From the NCBI GenBank assembly GCA_963796275.1, contig CAWCKY010000002.1, positions 608,001-672,000 of the forward strand: a stretch of 64,000 nucleotides of DNA, read 5' to 3'. The stretch comes from an uncultured Acidobacteriota bacterium (GTDB taxonomy: Bacteria > Acidobacteriota > Blastocatellia > RBC074). Made by a program: the position numbers and the translations under genes. The notes beneath the pieces were generated by a model. That model saw nothing but the letters and a program-made list of their open reading frames with translations, searched no databases and was not told the DNA's origin. Shown one piece after another: positions 18,277-31,844 of the stretch; within the stretch, counting starts at the first letter, position 1, and every line of letters begins with the position of its first letter.

Positions 18277-21200
18277 TTAAAAGGAAATTCTCAATCCGAA
18301 CTGAATACTTCGACTGCCTGCTCTCAATCCGATAATCTTCCCGAAGTCCCTATCGGTCACGCCGCCAACCGGATCCCCATATTGCGTCGTGTTGAAGGCG
18401 TTGTAGAATTCCGCCCTGAATTGCACGTTCACTCGCTCCTTGATCAGCTGGCTGCGGGAGAGCATGAGATCGAAAGTTTTGATACCCGGCCCTCGAAGAT
18501 TCGGCTGTGTACGCGAATCACTCCCCAATGTGAACGGCCGGGCAACCTCGAATGCCGTCTTATCGAACCAACTGTTGATCGTCTGTTCCCCGTTCGGCAA
18601 TATGGGTGACCTCAATTTGACTGCTGTCGCTCCGACACCGGGCAATGACGTGGCGCCAGGCGCGGTAATGACCACCGGTATCCCACTGGCGAAATTGGTG
18701 ATTCCCGAGATCTGCCAATTGCCCAGCAGATGGCCCGCCCAACCTCTCGCCAGCCATCTCTTCCCCGGTCCAAGCGGAAATTGGTAGACATAGCTCAACG
18801 CCAATATCTGAGGTCGATCATATTCGGCAACCGATCGAGAGAGCGCGAGGTTGTTCGGGTCGATATAGTTTGCACGTGAGTAAAAATTCTCCGACACATT
18901 GTTGATCTGCTTGCTCACCGTATAAGCAGCCTGGAATAGCAACCCATGGCCAAACCTCTTATCCACTCGCACCGTCATGCCGTGGTAGATCGAGTCTCCC
19001 GCGGCATCGACGTTTCGGTAGACATCCGTGTAATGTGGGTATGGCCTCAGAAGTTGCGACCGGCGTATTCTCTCAGCGCTTAATGGGCCGGTGGTGATTT
19101 GACCGAAGTACGGGTTATTCACCAGCTCATTCAACCCGTTTTCCAAAGAAAGGTGATCTGTGCTGACGGCATTCTGGTTACGCGCGATCCAGATGCGCTG
19201 CCCCCGGTTGCCGATATAAGCAAGCTCAATCAGCATATCCCGCGTCAGCGTTCGCTGGATGTTGAGGTTCCATTGATGGTTGAACGGTGTCACCCAATCG
19301 CGGAGCATCGTGTTGATGCCGGCCCCTACGCCAGTCGTTGGAGGAGGTATAAATCCACTGATGAACGGATTCGCCAAAGAAGCCCCTTCAGGCGGTGTAT
19401 TGGGCGCTTCGGGCGCCTGGCCCAGGAAGACCGGAGTACGCGTGAGGAATCCGTCTCCCAAAGCGATTACACCGGATCCTATCCCACCGCTGCCCGGGAA
19501 ATAAAAGAGACCATAGCCGATACGCAGAACCGTATCTTTCTTAAACTCCCAGGCCAGTCCAAATCGCGGTGCGAAGTTGTTCCGGTCCGGATCGAATTGA
19601 TGACGCGTGTTGCCGTCGCGCCCTGCGTAACGCAGGACGCCTTTCTCCCCCGTGATCGGTTCGATGGCGTCGGGGTCGAAGTAAGCCAACTGATCGAATC
19701 GATCGGTCCAAGGTGACTGATATTCCCAACGCATCCCTAAATTGAGCGTGAGGCGGCGGCCCACTTTCCAGTCATCTTGCGCGTACCAGGCATAGTATTT
19801 TTGCGATGCGGCCAGGGTCGGGTCATCTGAGATAAGTCCTCCGGTCGGTGCGCCGAGCAGAAGCGTGGCCACACCGTGACCTGATGAGGCATTTGCAACG
19901 AGAGGGTTCGGCCCCTGCGTGAACTCGCGCCCGAACGAATAGGAGCCCGACGGCTGTTCCGGGCGGAAGATGTTGAATGCGGTGAACATGAGGTCAAAAC
20001 CCGTTTTCACCGAATGGTCTCCGCGTTGCCAGGTGAAATGCCCCTGGGCTTCTCCGGTATTCTCGGCATCGGTGAAATAGAATGCCCTGTCCGGCCCCAG
20101 AGGGATCTACATCGGAGATATTGAATCGCGGGAAGAGGAGGGTCTTGGAATAATTTTTTAGTGATTCGGAAAATCCGAGTTGCGTGAAATCGAATCCGAC
20201 GCTCTCAGGAGTCAGGACAAACAGGGCGCGCGCGAAACTGGCGCGGAACTCTGCGACCAGGTTCGGATTGAGTGTGATCGTATCCCCCAGAATAAAGGCT
20301 CGCGGATGGAACTCGAATACTCCTCCATTAGCGGGGAACGCTTCGTTGAGGCTGGGCGTCACCGGTTCGCCATCCTGCCTACCATAACTCATAAACAGTT
20401 TATGGCTCTTCCCGAGGTTGTGGTCGACGCGGAAAAACATCTTCCACTGATCATTTATGCTTGAACCACCGGTCTGGACGAAGTTCTGCGTCAGCGTCGA
20501 TCTGTTCGGAAGCGGGTAGTACTCCAGCACCCGACGAGCGATCGGATCGATCCGGTCGGGACAAATCACATTGAGCCTGTCACCACAACTGATCTGTTGG
20601 CGAAGGTATATGGATTGGCCGGGCCTATCCGGATCGGGTACCGTTACTGTTGTGCGCGGATTTGGATCAAAGATTTTGATAAGGTTGCCGTTGTTATCGA
20701 ACGTCTGTGAAAAATCGCCGGCGCGCTCCAGGGCAGTCGGTACAGTAGCAACGAGTTGGTATGGTGAACGCGATTTAGTCTGTTCCCAGTTGACGAAGAA
20801 GAAAGTCCGGTCGTGCCCGTTGTAAAGCCGCGGCAGGTAGACCGGTCCGCTCACCGAAAATCCATATTCGTTCCGTCGAAACGGAGTGCGGTCCACGCCG
20901 CGCAGATTGTTGAAGAATGAGTTGGCGTTCAGCTTGTCGTTTTGCAGGTACTCGTAGAAGCTGCCGTGCAGAGCGTTGGTCCCCGAACGAGTGCTGGCTG
21001 TCAGCACACCGCCGCCCGATCGCCCGAATTCAGCCGACATGCTGTTGGTGATGACTTTGAATTCCCCCACTGCCTCCAGAGGCGGTGTGTAGGCGATCCC
21101 GCCTGAAGTGGTGTTGCGCGTCTCGGCGCCGTCGAGCAATATTTCTGTGGTGCTTATTCGGCCGCCATTGATCAGGGATCCGGCCCCCCCACCGACGATG

Positions 21201-21712
21201 GGGGCCACACCTGGCGCCAGCGTCAACAGATCGTAAGGGTTGCGACCGGCCGTGGGCAATTGGATGATCTGACTGCTCACGAACACATTGCCGAGTGTCG
21301 CGGTTTGACGTTCGAGTTGCACGGAAGTGGCTGTCACCGTCACCGCATCGAGCTGCAATGTTCCAGGCGCAAGTGAGACATTGATCGTGGCCGTCAGCCC
21401 CACGGTGATCACGATTCCTACAACGCGCCCTTTGCTGAATCCCTGACTCTCCACAGTCAACTCATACTGTCCAATCGGCAGGTATGGCACACGGTAATGC
21501 CCCTCCTCATTGGTCCGGGTCTCCCGCTTAACCCCCGTCTGGGTGTGAGTAACGACGATCAGCGCGCTGGGAACGATTGCTCCCGACTGATCCGTCACTG
21601 TCCCGGTAATGGTACCCTGGTCTATCTGAGCGAATGCCGTCGATGTAAACCCATAGAAAAAAAATACAAGTATTGCCGTGGCTGATGGCAAACGCCAACC
21701 GTGACGCCTCAT
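18277..21712 (-). CDS. TonB-dependent receptor paralogue, split by one +1 frameshift (probably a sequence error)
   Basis: ORFs 19994-21712 and 18277-20010 are colinear with the neighbouring paralogue. Deleting one G at 20102-20104 gives DVDPLGPDRAFYFTDAEN, matching the paralogue's DVASLGPDRASYFTDAEN. Ends QFGLRISF. Confidence 0.88.
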
Positions 21713-21993
21713 TTGTGCCTCCCGCGTTGTTCGGATTATTTGGAGATTTTGATGAATGAAAAATTCGATGCAAAGCCGCGAAGACGCATGTTAGTCAGAG
21801 GTTAGAAGTCATTTAGAGCCCCCTACCTATTGACCTTATCTCTCAGCAGCCTTGCATCAATAAAATCCCAATGCCTAGTTGTATTCGGTTGTAGATCGAT
21901 CATCGATCAACCCTCGAAAATCGCTGGAGTTGTTGATCAATGATAATCGGATGGATTATAGTGTCGATTAGAAAAACCCGGGAGTGACATAGA

Positions 21994-22107
21994 GTAAACA
22001 CAGGTAAATGGACGGGTAACACGGGCTACTTCTAAAAGATAGTAAACACATCTCTTGGTCGGTTTACGGCAAACTCAGTAAGTAAAAAAAGTAATGTTAC
22101 GGTAAAC
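21994..22107. promoter_or_regulatory. Cluster of GTAA(A)C boxes in the divergent promoter between TonB receptor and membrane regulator
   Basis: GTAAAC 21994, GTAAAT 22004, GTAAC 22016, GTAAAC 22042, GTTTAC 22062, GTAAA 22082, GTAAT 22091, GTAAAC 22102. Confidence 0.5.
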
Positions 22108-22163
22108 CGGGGTCTGAATATTTCTAGACCTCCGGCCCCATCCATCTGCACTGGTTACATCTG

Positions 22164-23603
22164 ATGAAGAAATCAGCTATTCGCACTATGAAGGGTGATC
22201 TCTTAGTCGATGAGAGACTACTCGCGCTCCAGCAAATCCTGCAGAGCAAAACCTTCTCGGGCTGCGATACGATCCAGCAAATTTTGAGGTTCATCGTCGA
22301 GAAGTCGATTGCCGAACGTGTAGGCGAGATCAAAGAATACACGATTGCGACCGAAGTCCTCGGGCGGCCCAAAGAATTCAATTCTAAAGATGACAACATC
22401 GTCCGCGTTCAGGTGCATCGGCTGCGCAAAAAACTGGATGAGTATTACAAGGGCGAAGGTGCCAGAGACCAGGTGCAGATATTCATCCCCAGGGGCCATT
22501 ATTATCCCCAATATCTGAGGCCTCAGTTGGAGCCATTGCCACTGCCGCCACAACCAGCTCAGTTGCCCCAGTTGCCCCAGTTGTCCCAGTCAATCGGACA
22601 GGGGGATATCGAATCCACCGCGGCCGCCACTGCTCTCACAAATAAAGGTGCGAAGCCGCCGCACTACTCGATGGTGTTAAGTTGGAAGGGGCTGGTTATT
22701 GCACTGATCGTTTTAAACCTGGTGTTCATCGCATATTACTTCGTCAGTTCCAGGGTGGAGAGCCAGCCGCACATGTCGGCACTGCTCAGGCGATCGCTGT
22801 CTTCGGTCTGGCGACCGTTTATAACTACCGATAATCCTCCGCTGATCGTCTACAGCAATGCATTGTTCCTCATGAGCGAACAAGGCGACCTCTATCGGTA
22901 TTACGCCGAGACGAGTCACTCGCTCTCGATGGGAGCAGAGGTCCCGAGCCTGGTGGGATTGGAGCGTCGAGGTCCAGTTCCCAACCGGGTCGGGCCGTTA
23001 TACTATTCCGACTCGTATACCGGCATTGGAGAAGTGGTAGGGGCCGGTAAGATCGCTTTCCTGCTGGCGCGCAGCGGGCAGGATTTTTTGATCAAGCGCA
23101 GCCGGATCACCTCCTACGAAGACATCAGGAATCACAACGTGATATTTCTCGGCGCCAGCCTCGAGGATTCGATCCTGGGGAAATTGCCGGTCGAGAGCGA
23201 CCTGGTCTTTGAAGAGCCGATGGGCAAAGAATTCGTCGGCAAGCTGGCGATCAAGGACCGCCATCCGACGCCAGGTAAGCCGGCAATCTATGAATTTCAA
23301 CGTGACGAAAAGACTAAGGCCCTTCAATCCGAATATGCGTTGATCAGCCTGCTTCCGGGAGTGTTGCCCGATCAACATATCCTGATCCTTGCCGGCCTCT
23401 CGACGCTCGGCACTCAGGCCGCAGCGGAGTTCGCCACCTCCGAAGCGAGCATGCTCACGCTTGAGAAAGTCTGGGCTGCAGGAGGAGATGTACCTCTGCC
23501 GCCATACTTCCAGGCGCTGCTCGAGGTCCAGATAAGGGACGGGATTGCCGTAAAAACCAATTGCCTGCTCGTGCGTGACCTGAATCGCAATAAGCAATCG
23601 TGA
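22164..23603 (+). CDS. Membrane-anchored one-component regulator (N-terminal wHTH-like domain, single TM, extracytoplasmic domain)
   Basis: IKEYTIATEVLGR..DDNIVRVQVHRLRKKLDEYY; Pro/Gln linker; TM LVIALIVLNLVFIAYYFV. Confidence 0.75.
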   Translation: MKKSAIRTMKGDLLVDERLLALQQILQSKTFSGCDTIQQILRFIVEKSIAERVGEIKEYTIATEVLGRPKEFNSKDDNIVRVQVHRLRKKLDEYYKGEGARDQVQIFIPRGHYYPQYLRPQLEPLPLPPQPAQLPQLPQLSQSIGQGDIESTAAATALTNKGAKPPHYSMVLSWKGLVIALIVLNLVFIAYYFVSSRVESQPHMSALLRRSLSSVWRPFITTDNPPLIVYSNALFLMSEQGDLYRYYAETSHSLSMGAEVPSLVGLERRGPVPNRVGPLYYSDSYTGIGEVVGAGKIAFLLARSGQDFLIKRSRITSYEDIRNHNVIFLGASLEDSILGKLPVESDLVFEEPMGKEFVGKLAIKDRHPTPGKPAIYEFQRDEKTKALQSEYALISLLPGVLPDQHILILAGLSTLGTQAAAEFATSEASMLTLEKVWAAGGDVPLPPYFQALLEVQIRDGIAVKTNCLLVRDLNRNKQS

Positions 23604-25105
23604 TAATGACATTAGATCAGACCCCCGATGGCCAAGCCGCACGCAATCGCCCAATCCCATTCTGGACGGCGTTGATTCTCGTTTCTGGCGTTTCCAGAAT
23701 TCTGGGCGCCTTCCTCCTGCCGAATGCGTTCGGAGACGCCTACGCGTATTTCGAAGTTATCGAGGTCATGCGCTCGAAAATTGCCGACGGCACGTTTGCC
23801 ATAAAAGACCTGTATGGATTCTGGTTCCCGATGTATCAAATCACGTGTGCCGGGATCAGCTACATCTTCGGTCACGCGTTTTACGTGTCGAAGCTGGTAT
23901 CTGCGATCTGTGGAATCGGTGTCTGCCTGCTCGTTTATCTGATCACGATACGTCTGACAGATCATCGCCCGCTCGCTTTACTGGCATTTGCGCTGACATC
24001 TTTCAGTCCCCTTCATATTCTGTATTCTGCGTCATCGATGACTGACATTCCGCACTCTTTCCTGGTGATGGCCTGCCTCTACGCCGCTCTGGAGAACCGA
24101 TGGAAGACTGCGGCGGGGTTTGCAGCAGCCGCGGGCTTCATGCGTATCGAGAGTTGGATATTGATCGCCCTGCTGCCGGCGCTGGAATTCTTTTTCCAGC
24201 GCAGCGTTTCTCTGACAGCCTGCGGAATTATGGCTATTTCACCTCTCTTCTGGTTCTACATCTCCTGGAAAGCGACCGGTACCACAATGGCATACTTCGA
24301 AGTACGCAACCGCTACATCGCCGAATATGCCGCGGCCAATCCGGTCGTCACGACTTTTTCGCCTCAGCGTCTCATCCTGGACGCGAAGAGGTTGCTCATC
24401 TCAACCAATCTCGGTGTGCTGTGCGGCTGTTTGTTCGCCGCACTGTCGATCCTCCGGCGATTGGTTCGGTCAAAATTCAAGAGGCCCACGCACAATTTCG
24501 CCGCCTTGATAGCGACGACTACGTTCTTTTTTTACAATCTGGGCTTTTTGCTATTCGCCTATTTCACGGGCCGCCAGCCCGATATCTGGAGCAGATACGG
24601 ACTTCTCTTCTTTACCCTGGGTTTGCCGGTGACTGCCTGGACTTACCTCACTGTCACCAGAGAGAGGCCGAGATTGAAGTTCATCGTGGCGGCGGCGCTA
24701 TCGATCATCTTCGTACTCCAAATGAAAGGCCAGTTCGGCGAAATGGCCTCAGTCGTGGGCGAGGAGACCGCGCGAATAGATATTGCCGCTTATCTCAAAA
24801 GGGTTCACCGGGATGATCCAGGGTCGCGCATCTACTGTGAAGATGGGAACGTGCGATTCCACACTGGTATTCCGGGGGACAGGTTCCTCACCGCTTACCA
24901 ACTGCCCGCCGATAGCTCCTCCCTCTTGAAGCGCTTCGACGAAGCCGGCGTGAAATACGTCGTAAGTAACACCTGGGAGGTTTCCCAACTGATCAAATTG
25001 TTCCCGGACGTGGGAGAGGGAAAAGGTAACGAAATATTCCATCCGGTTATGCGGGCGGGCGCAAGTTACTCTAAGTTGGAATTTTGGGTGTACCGCTATC
25101 GATGA
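23600..25105 (+). CDS. Polytopic GT-C-fold glycosyltransferase-like protein (ArnT/PMT family-like)
   Basis: About 11-12 hydrophobic helices; GDAYAY in first loop, WFPMY, SPLHILYS..MTD, RIESW, SRY. GTG overlaps the upstream TGA. Confidence 0.65.
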   Translation: MIMTLDQTPDGQAARNRPIPFWTALILVSGVSRILGAFLLPNAFGDAYAYFEVIEVMRSKIADGTFAIKDLYGFWFPMYQITCAGISYIFGHAFYVSKLVSAICGIGVCLLVYLITIRLTDHRPLALLAFALTSFSPLHILYSASSMTDIPHSFLVMACLYAALENRWKTAAGFAAAAGFMRIESWILIALLPALEFFFQRSVSLTACGIMAISPLFWFYISWKATGTTMAYFEVRNRYIAEYAAANPVVTTFSPQRLILDAKRLLISTNLGVLCGCLFAALSILRRLVRSKFKRPTHNFAALIATTTFFFYNLGFLLFAYFTGRQPDIWSRYGLLFFTLGLPVTAWTYLTVTRERPRLKFIVAAALSIIFVLQMKGQFGEMASVVGEETARIDIAAYLKRVHRDDPGSRIYCEDGNVRFHTGIPGDRFLTAYQLPADSSSLLKRFDEAGVKYVVSNTWEVSQLIKLFPDVGEGKGNEIFHPVMRAGASYSKLEFWVYRYR

Positions 25106-25250
25106 ATTTATCTGTTTCTTTTCCCCCGCTGGTTCCCTCGATTCTCCCCCTTGCGCAAATACCCCTTCTGAAATAGAGTCTCCGCCACCTCGATACTACG
25201 AGGCTTGGGGCACGTAGAAGGGCAAAGAAATGCATGTAGGAGATCAATTG

Positions 25251-26195
25251 ATGGCAAGCTGGCAAGCTCGCGCAGTTTCATCGATTATCCGGCTGACGAT
25301 AAAACGCCGCGCCGTGGGAAGCGAGAAAGAGATCGTCCAATTTCTTCGCAGCAAACTCGTCTCGCCTTTATTACCGCGACCTCAGATACCCAAGAGCGCA
25401 ACGGTCAGTCCGGTGAACGAAAATGGTGTGAGAGGAGAATGGGTCGAGTGGGCGAGCGATCCGCAGTCCATCATCTATTATCTTCACGGCGGCGGGTACA
25501 TAACGTGTTCGCCCACGACCCATCGTCCATTCACCGTCGCGTTGTCGCGTGCGGCAAAATCCCGGGTCTTCGCACTCGACTATCGCCTCGCTCCAGAGCA
25601 TCGCTTCCCGGCCGCGGTAGAGGATGCTGTCAACGGATATATCTGGTTGGTAAAAAATGGTTTAGCTCCTGATCGCATCGTCATCGGTGGCGATTCTGCA
25701 GGCGGCGGTTTGACGGTGGCTACACTGGTTGCCCTGCGTGATGCCGGCGAAAAATTGCCGCGCGCCGCCTTCTGCCTATCGCCATGGACGGATATGGAGG
25801 GGACCGGGCAATCGTTGAAAACCAACGACCATTGCGACTCGATGTTTTATGGCGATAGCATTCGAAAGGTTGCACCGATCTATTTGGGAGACCGTTCAGC
25901 GACCGATCCGCTCGCGTCTCCGATCTATGCCGATCTGTCGAACCTGCCTCCTATGCTGATCTATGCGAGCAGCAGCGAAGTGCTACTCGATGATTCAGTC
26001 AGACTGGCCGAGCGCGCGAGAAAATACGGGGTCGGCGTTGACCTGCGCATCTGGAACGACCTGCCGCACGCATGGCCATTCCTGGTGGCTTTCAAAGTAC
26101 CCGAAGCGCGCAAGGCGATTGACGAAATAGCATTTTTTATAAATGGCAATAAGGCAGCCCCGGACGATCAACTCAACCCGATCCATCAGGGCTAA
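25251..26195 (+). CDS. Alpha/beta hydrolase, HSL-family esterase
   Basis: HGGGY, DYRLAPEH, GDSAGG, EVLLDD, PHAW; AGGAG RBS before ATG 25251. Confidence 0.93.
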   Translation: MASWQARAVSSIIRLTIKRRAVGSEKEIVQFLRSKLVSPLLPRPQIPKSATVSPVNENGVRGEWVEWASDPQSIIYYLHGGGYITCSPTTHRPFTVALSRAAKSRVFALDYRLAPEHRFPAAVEDAVNGYIWLVKNGLAPDRIVIGGDSAGGGLTVATLVALRDAGEKLPRAAFCLSPWTDMEGTGQSLKTNDHCDSMFYGDSIRKVAPIYLGDRSATDPLASPIYADLSNLPPMLIYASSSEVLLDDSVRLAERARKYGVGVDLRIWNDLPHAWPFLVAFKVPEARKAIDEIAFFINGNKAAPDDQLNPIHQG

Positions 26196-26302
26196 AAAGT
26201 CGATCTGACGTTGACAATGATCTATTCGCTCATTTGCGATCTAATGATATTCTATATGCATTGAAATCAGCCCCAAACTTGAACCTGTATTACGAAAAGA
26301 CA

Positions 26303-27673
26303 ATGACTGAGAAAACACAAGCAAGCGGACATCTCGTCCTTCTAGTCGGCGCAGGGCCGGCGGGCATATACAGCGCCCGCAAACTTACGGATGCCGGTCA
26401 CGAGGTAGTCATCATCAACCGCGACATCAAACCCGGCGGGCTGGTCGAATATGGCATCTATTTCAATAAGCACAAACTCAAAGAGGGCGTGAGGCAACAG
26501 TTTCGCAAGATCCTGACGGATCCGCGCGTACATTACCTCGGCCACATCAAGATAGGCGAAGGGACCAGTCTGAATCTGACCGAACTACGAGAAATACTAA
26601 ATCCATCAGCAATCGTAATAGCCTGCGGTGCGCAGGGAACGAAAGCACTCGGCATCCCCGGGGACGACGCATCCGGAATCTATCACGCGAAAGATGTTGT
26701 CTATCATTACAACGGGTTGCCGCCATTCAGCGAGCGCGAATTCAAGATCGGCGAGCGCGTCGCCATCATCGGCATCGGCAACGTAATGGTCGACATCGCT
26801 CACTGGCTGGTTCACGTCAAAAAAATAAAAGAGGTAATCGCGGTCGCCCGCCGCGGTCCGGCTCAGCGCGCCTATACCGATGTCGAGATACAGGCCGTCT
26901 CCGCCAATATCGACACGACGGCATTACGGCAGGAGCTCGAACGCATCCGCCCGCGACTTGAAGCCGTCGGAGAGGATATCGACGCGATTTACACTGACCT
27001 GACCAAGCACGTAAATTTGAAGGCCAAGGAGGGCGAAAGCCCGACGCGCATGCTGTTTCGTTTTCTGAGCGCGCCGTCTGAGATTCAACTCGGCAATGGC
27101 GGTGCTCCGCGCGCCTTACGGGTCGAGAACACTGAGCTGATCAGACGTGGCGAAGACCTGAGCGCAAAAGGCCTGGGCAGTTTCGGCGATATTGAAGCCG
27201 ACAATATCATCTTCGCCATCGGAGACAGGGTCGATGAGAACCTAGGATTACCCTGCGGCGGGGTGGAGTACGTGAAAAATCCTCACGCCGATCCGGATCA
27301 TCCCGGCGATGAGGCTTATCAGGTCTTCGATCCTCAAAAAGCAGCAGTCTGTGAAGGAGTATTCGTCATCGGCTGGTCGCGCAAGGCATCCGACGGACTG
27401 GTCGGGAAAGCCAAACAGGACGGTGAACGAGGAATCGCCGTCGTCAATCGCTATCTCGAGAAGGTCGCGCCGGGCTCGGCCAAGACGATCGAAGAGAAAC
27501 TGAAAAATCTCTGCCTGACTTTACAATCGCGCGGCGTGCGCTACGTCGATTATTCCGATGTCCAGAAACTCGAGAGCGTCGAGAAAGATGAGTCGCAGAG
27601 TCGCAGCATTGAGTTCTTCAAATACGCTACCGATGAGGAGATGTTGGCGGCGATCGAGAGAGCTTCTAAATAG
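26303..27673 (+). CDS. FAD-dependent ferredoxin-NADP(+) reductase-like oxidoreductase (adrenodoxin reductase/FprA type)
   Basis: GAGPAG, GGLVEYG, GIGNVMVDIA, ARRGP, GWSR. Confidence 0.85.
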   Translation: MTEKTQASGHLVLLVGAGPAGIYSARKLTDAGHEVVIINRDIKPGGLVEYGIYFNKHKLKEGVRQQFRKILTDPRVHYLGHIKIGEGTSLNLTELREILNPSAIVIACGAQGTKALGIPGDDASGIYHAKDVVYHYNGLPPFSEREFKIGERVAIIGIGNVMVDIAHWLVHVKKIKEVIAVARRGPAQRAYTDVEIQAVSANIDTTALRQELERIRPRLEAVGEDIDAIYTDLTKHVNLKAKEGESPTRMLFRFLSAPSEIQLGNGGAPRALRVENTELIRRGEDLSAKGLGSFGDIEADNIIFAIGDRVDENLGLPCGGVEYVKNPHADPDHPGDEAYQVFDPQKAAVCEGVFVIGWSRKASDGLVGKAKQDGERGIAVVNRYLEKVAPGSAKTIEEKLKNLCLTLQSRGVRYVDYSDVQKLESVEKDESQSRSIEFFKYATDEEMLAAIERASK

Positions 27674-27882
27674 AGCTTCTAAATAATGATCGAGGTTAAC
27701 CACAAAAATCGCAAAAGGAACAATAATCTATGCTCCGTCGCCATTTTTGCGTTTTTTGTGGGAACCCCATGTATAACCTAATCTGAGCCCTCGCACATAT
27801 TTTGTCATAGTCATAAATTCTATTGACCTTTAAACCCGAAACCACATAGACTCTATTTATATAGGCTAGCTCGTAAATTGTC

Positions 27883-27928
27883 GTTGAAAGCTGCGTTGAA
27901 AGCTGCGTTGAAAGCTGGTTGAAAGCTG
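27883..27928. repeat. Tandem repeat GTTGAAAGCTG(C) x4
   Basis: Units start at 27883, 27895, 27907, 27918 with no spacers. Confidence 0.9.
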
Positions 27929-27940
27929 ATTGATATAGTA

Positions 27941-27970
27941 AAAATCTATCGATCGATATCGATAGATTTT
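27941..27970. promoter_or_regulatory. 13-bp perfect inverted repeat upstream of TonB receptor (candidate operator)
   Basis: AAAATCTATCGAT-cgat-ATCGATAGATTTT, downstream of a possible sigma70 promoter (TTGACC 27823, 18 nt, TAGACT 27847). Confidence 0.55.
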
Positions 27971-28152
27971 ACATACAACGCCTGCATTCAGACGGGCAAC
28001 CATCAAACAACACATATCAGAGGTTTGAATAACATTCTCCAGGCTCTAGGCTGGAGAATGGCGCAGACCACATCCTGAAAAATACTCAAACAATACTGAG
28101 TGGGATATGAGAGTAATCTGTATATCCTGCGACAGGTGTATGGAGGAGGTTT

Positions 28153-31587
<3,435 letters not shown>

Positions 31588-31618
31588 AGGTAAATCTCAG
31601 TCATCGGCACTGGGAAAA

Positions 31619-31673
31619 TAGAAGGAGACAAGGGGAATTGGAACTGCGGTTTCACTTCCCCTGTCTCCTTCTA
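31619..31673 (+). terminator. Long hairpin after TonB receptor (probable terminator)
   Basis: TAGAAGGAGACAAGGGGAA pairs with TTCCCCTGTCTCCTTCTA (one bulge). Confidence 0.65.
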
Positions 31674-31844
31674 CTTTATGCGTATTCGCAGTTTTCGCGT
31701 GAGCAGCATCTCATAAACCCCATCAATCCGGATGTAACTATTTACATCAACAGATCGCCGTTATACTATTTCCTCTTGTCTTGAAGTTCTTACCCCCGCT
31801 TCAACATTGTTACATCTGCCATTGAAAATTAAGGAGAATCGCGC

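Noticed and set aside
22560-22590. CAGTTGCCC-type 9-nt repeats
   Set aside because: In-frame coding repeats forming the QLP linker of the regulator; not a separate element.
24100-24816. 238-aa same-strand alternative frame
   Set aside because: Nested in the GT-C-like gene; no motifs or RBS.
27883-27928. GTTGAAAG repeats resembling a CRISPR repeat end
   Set aside because: Units are 11-12 nt and directly adjacent, with no spacers and no cas genes.
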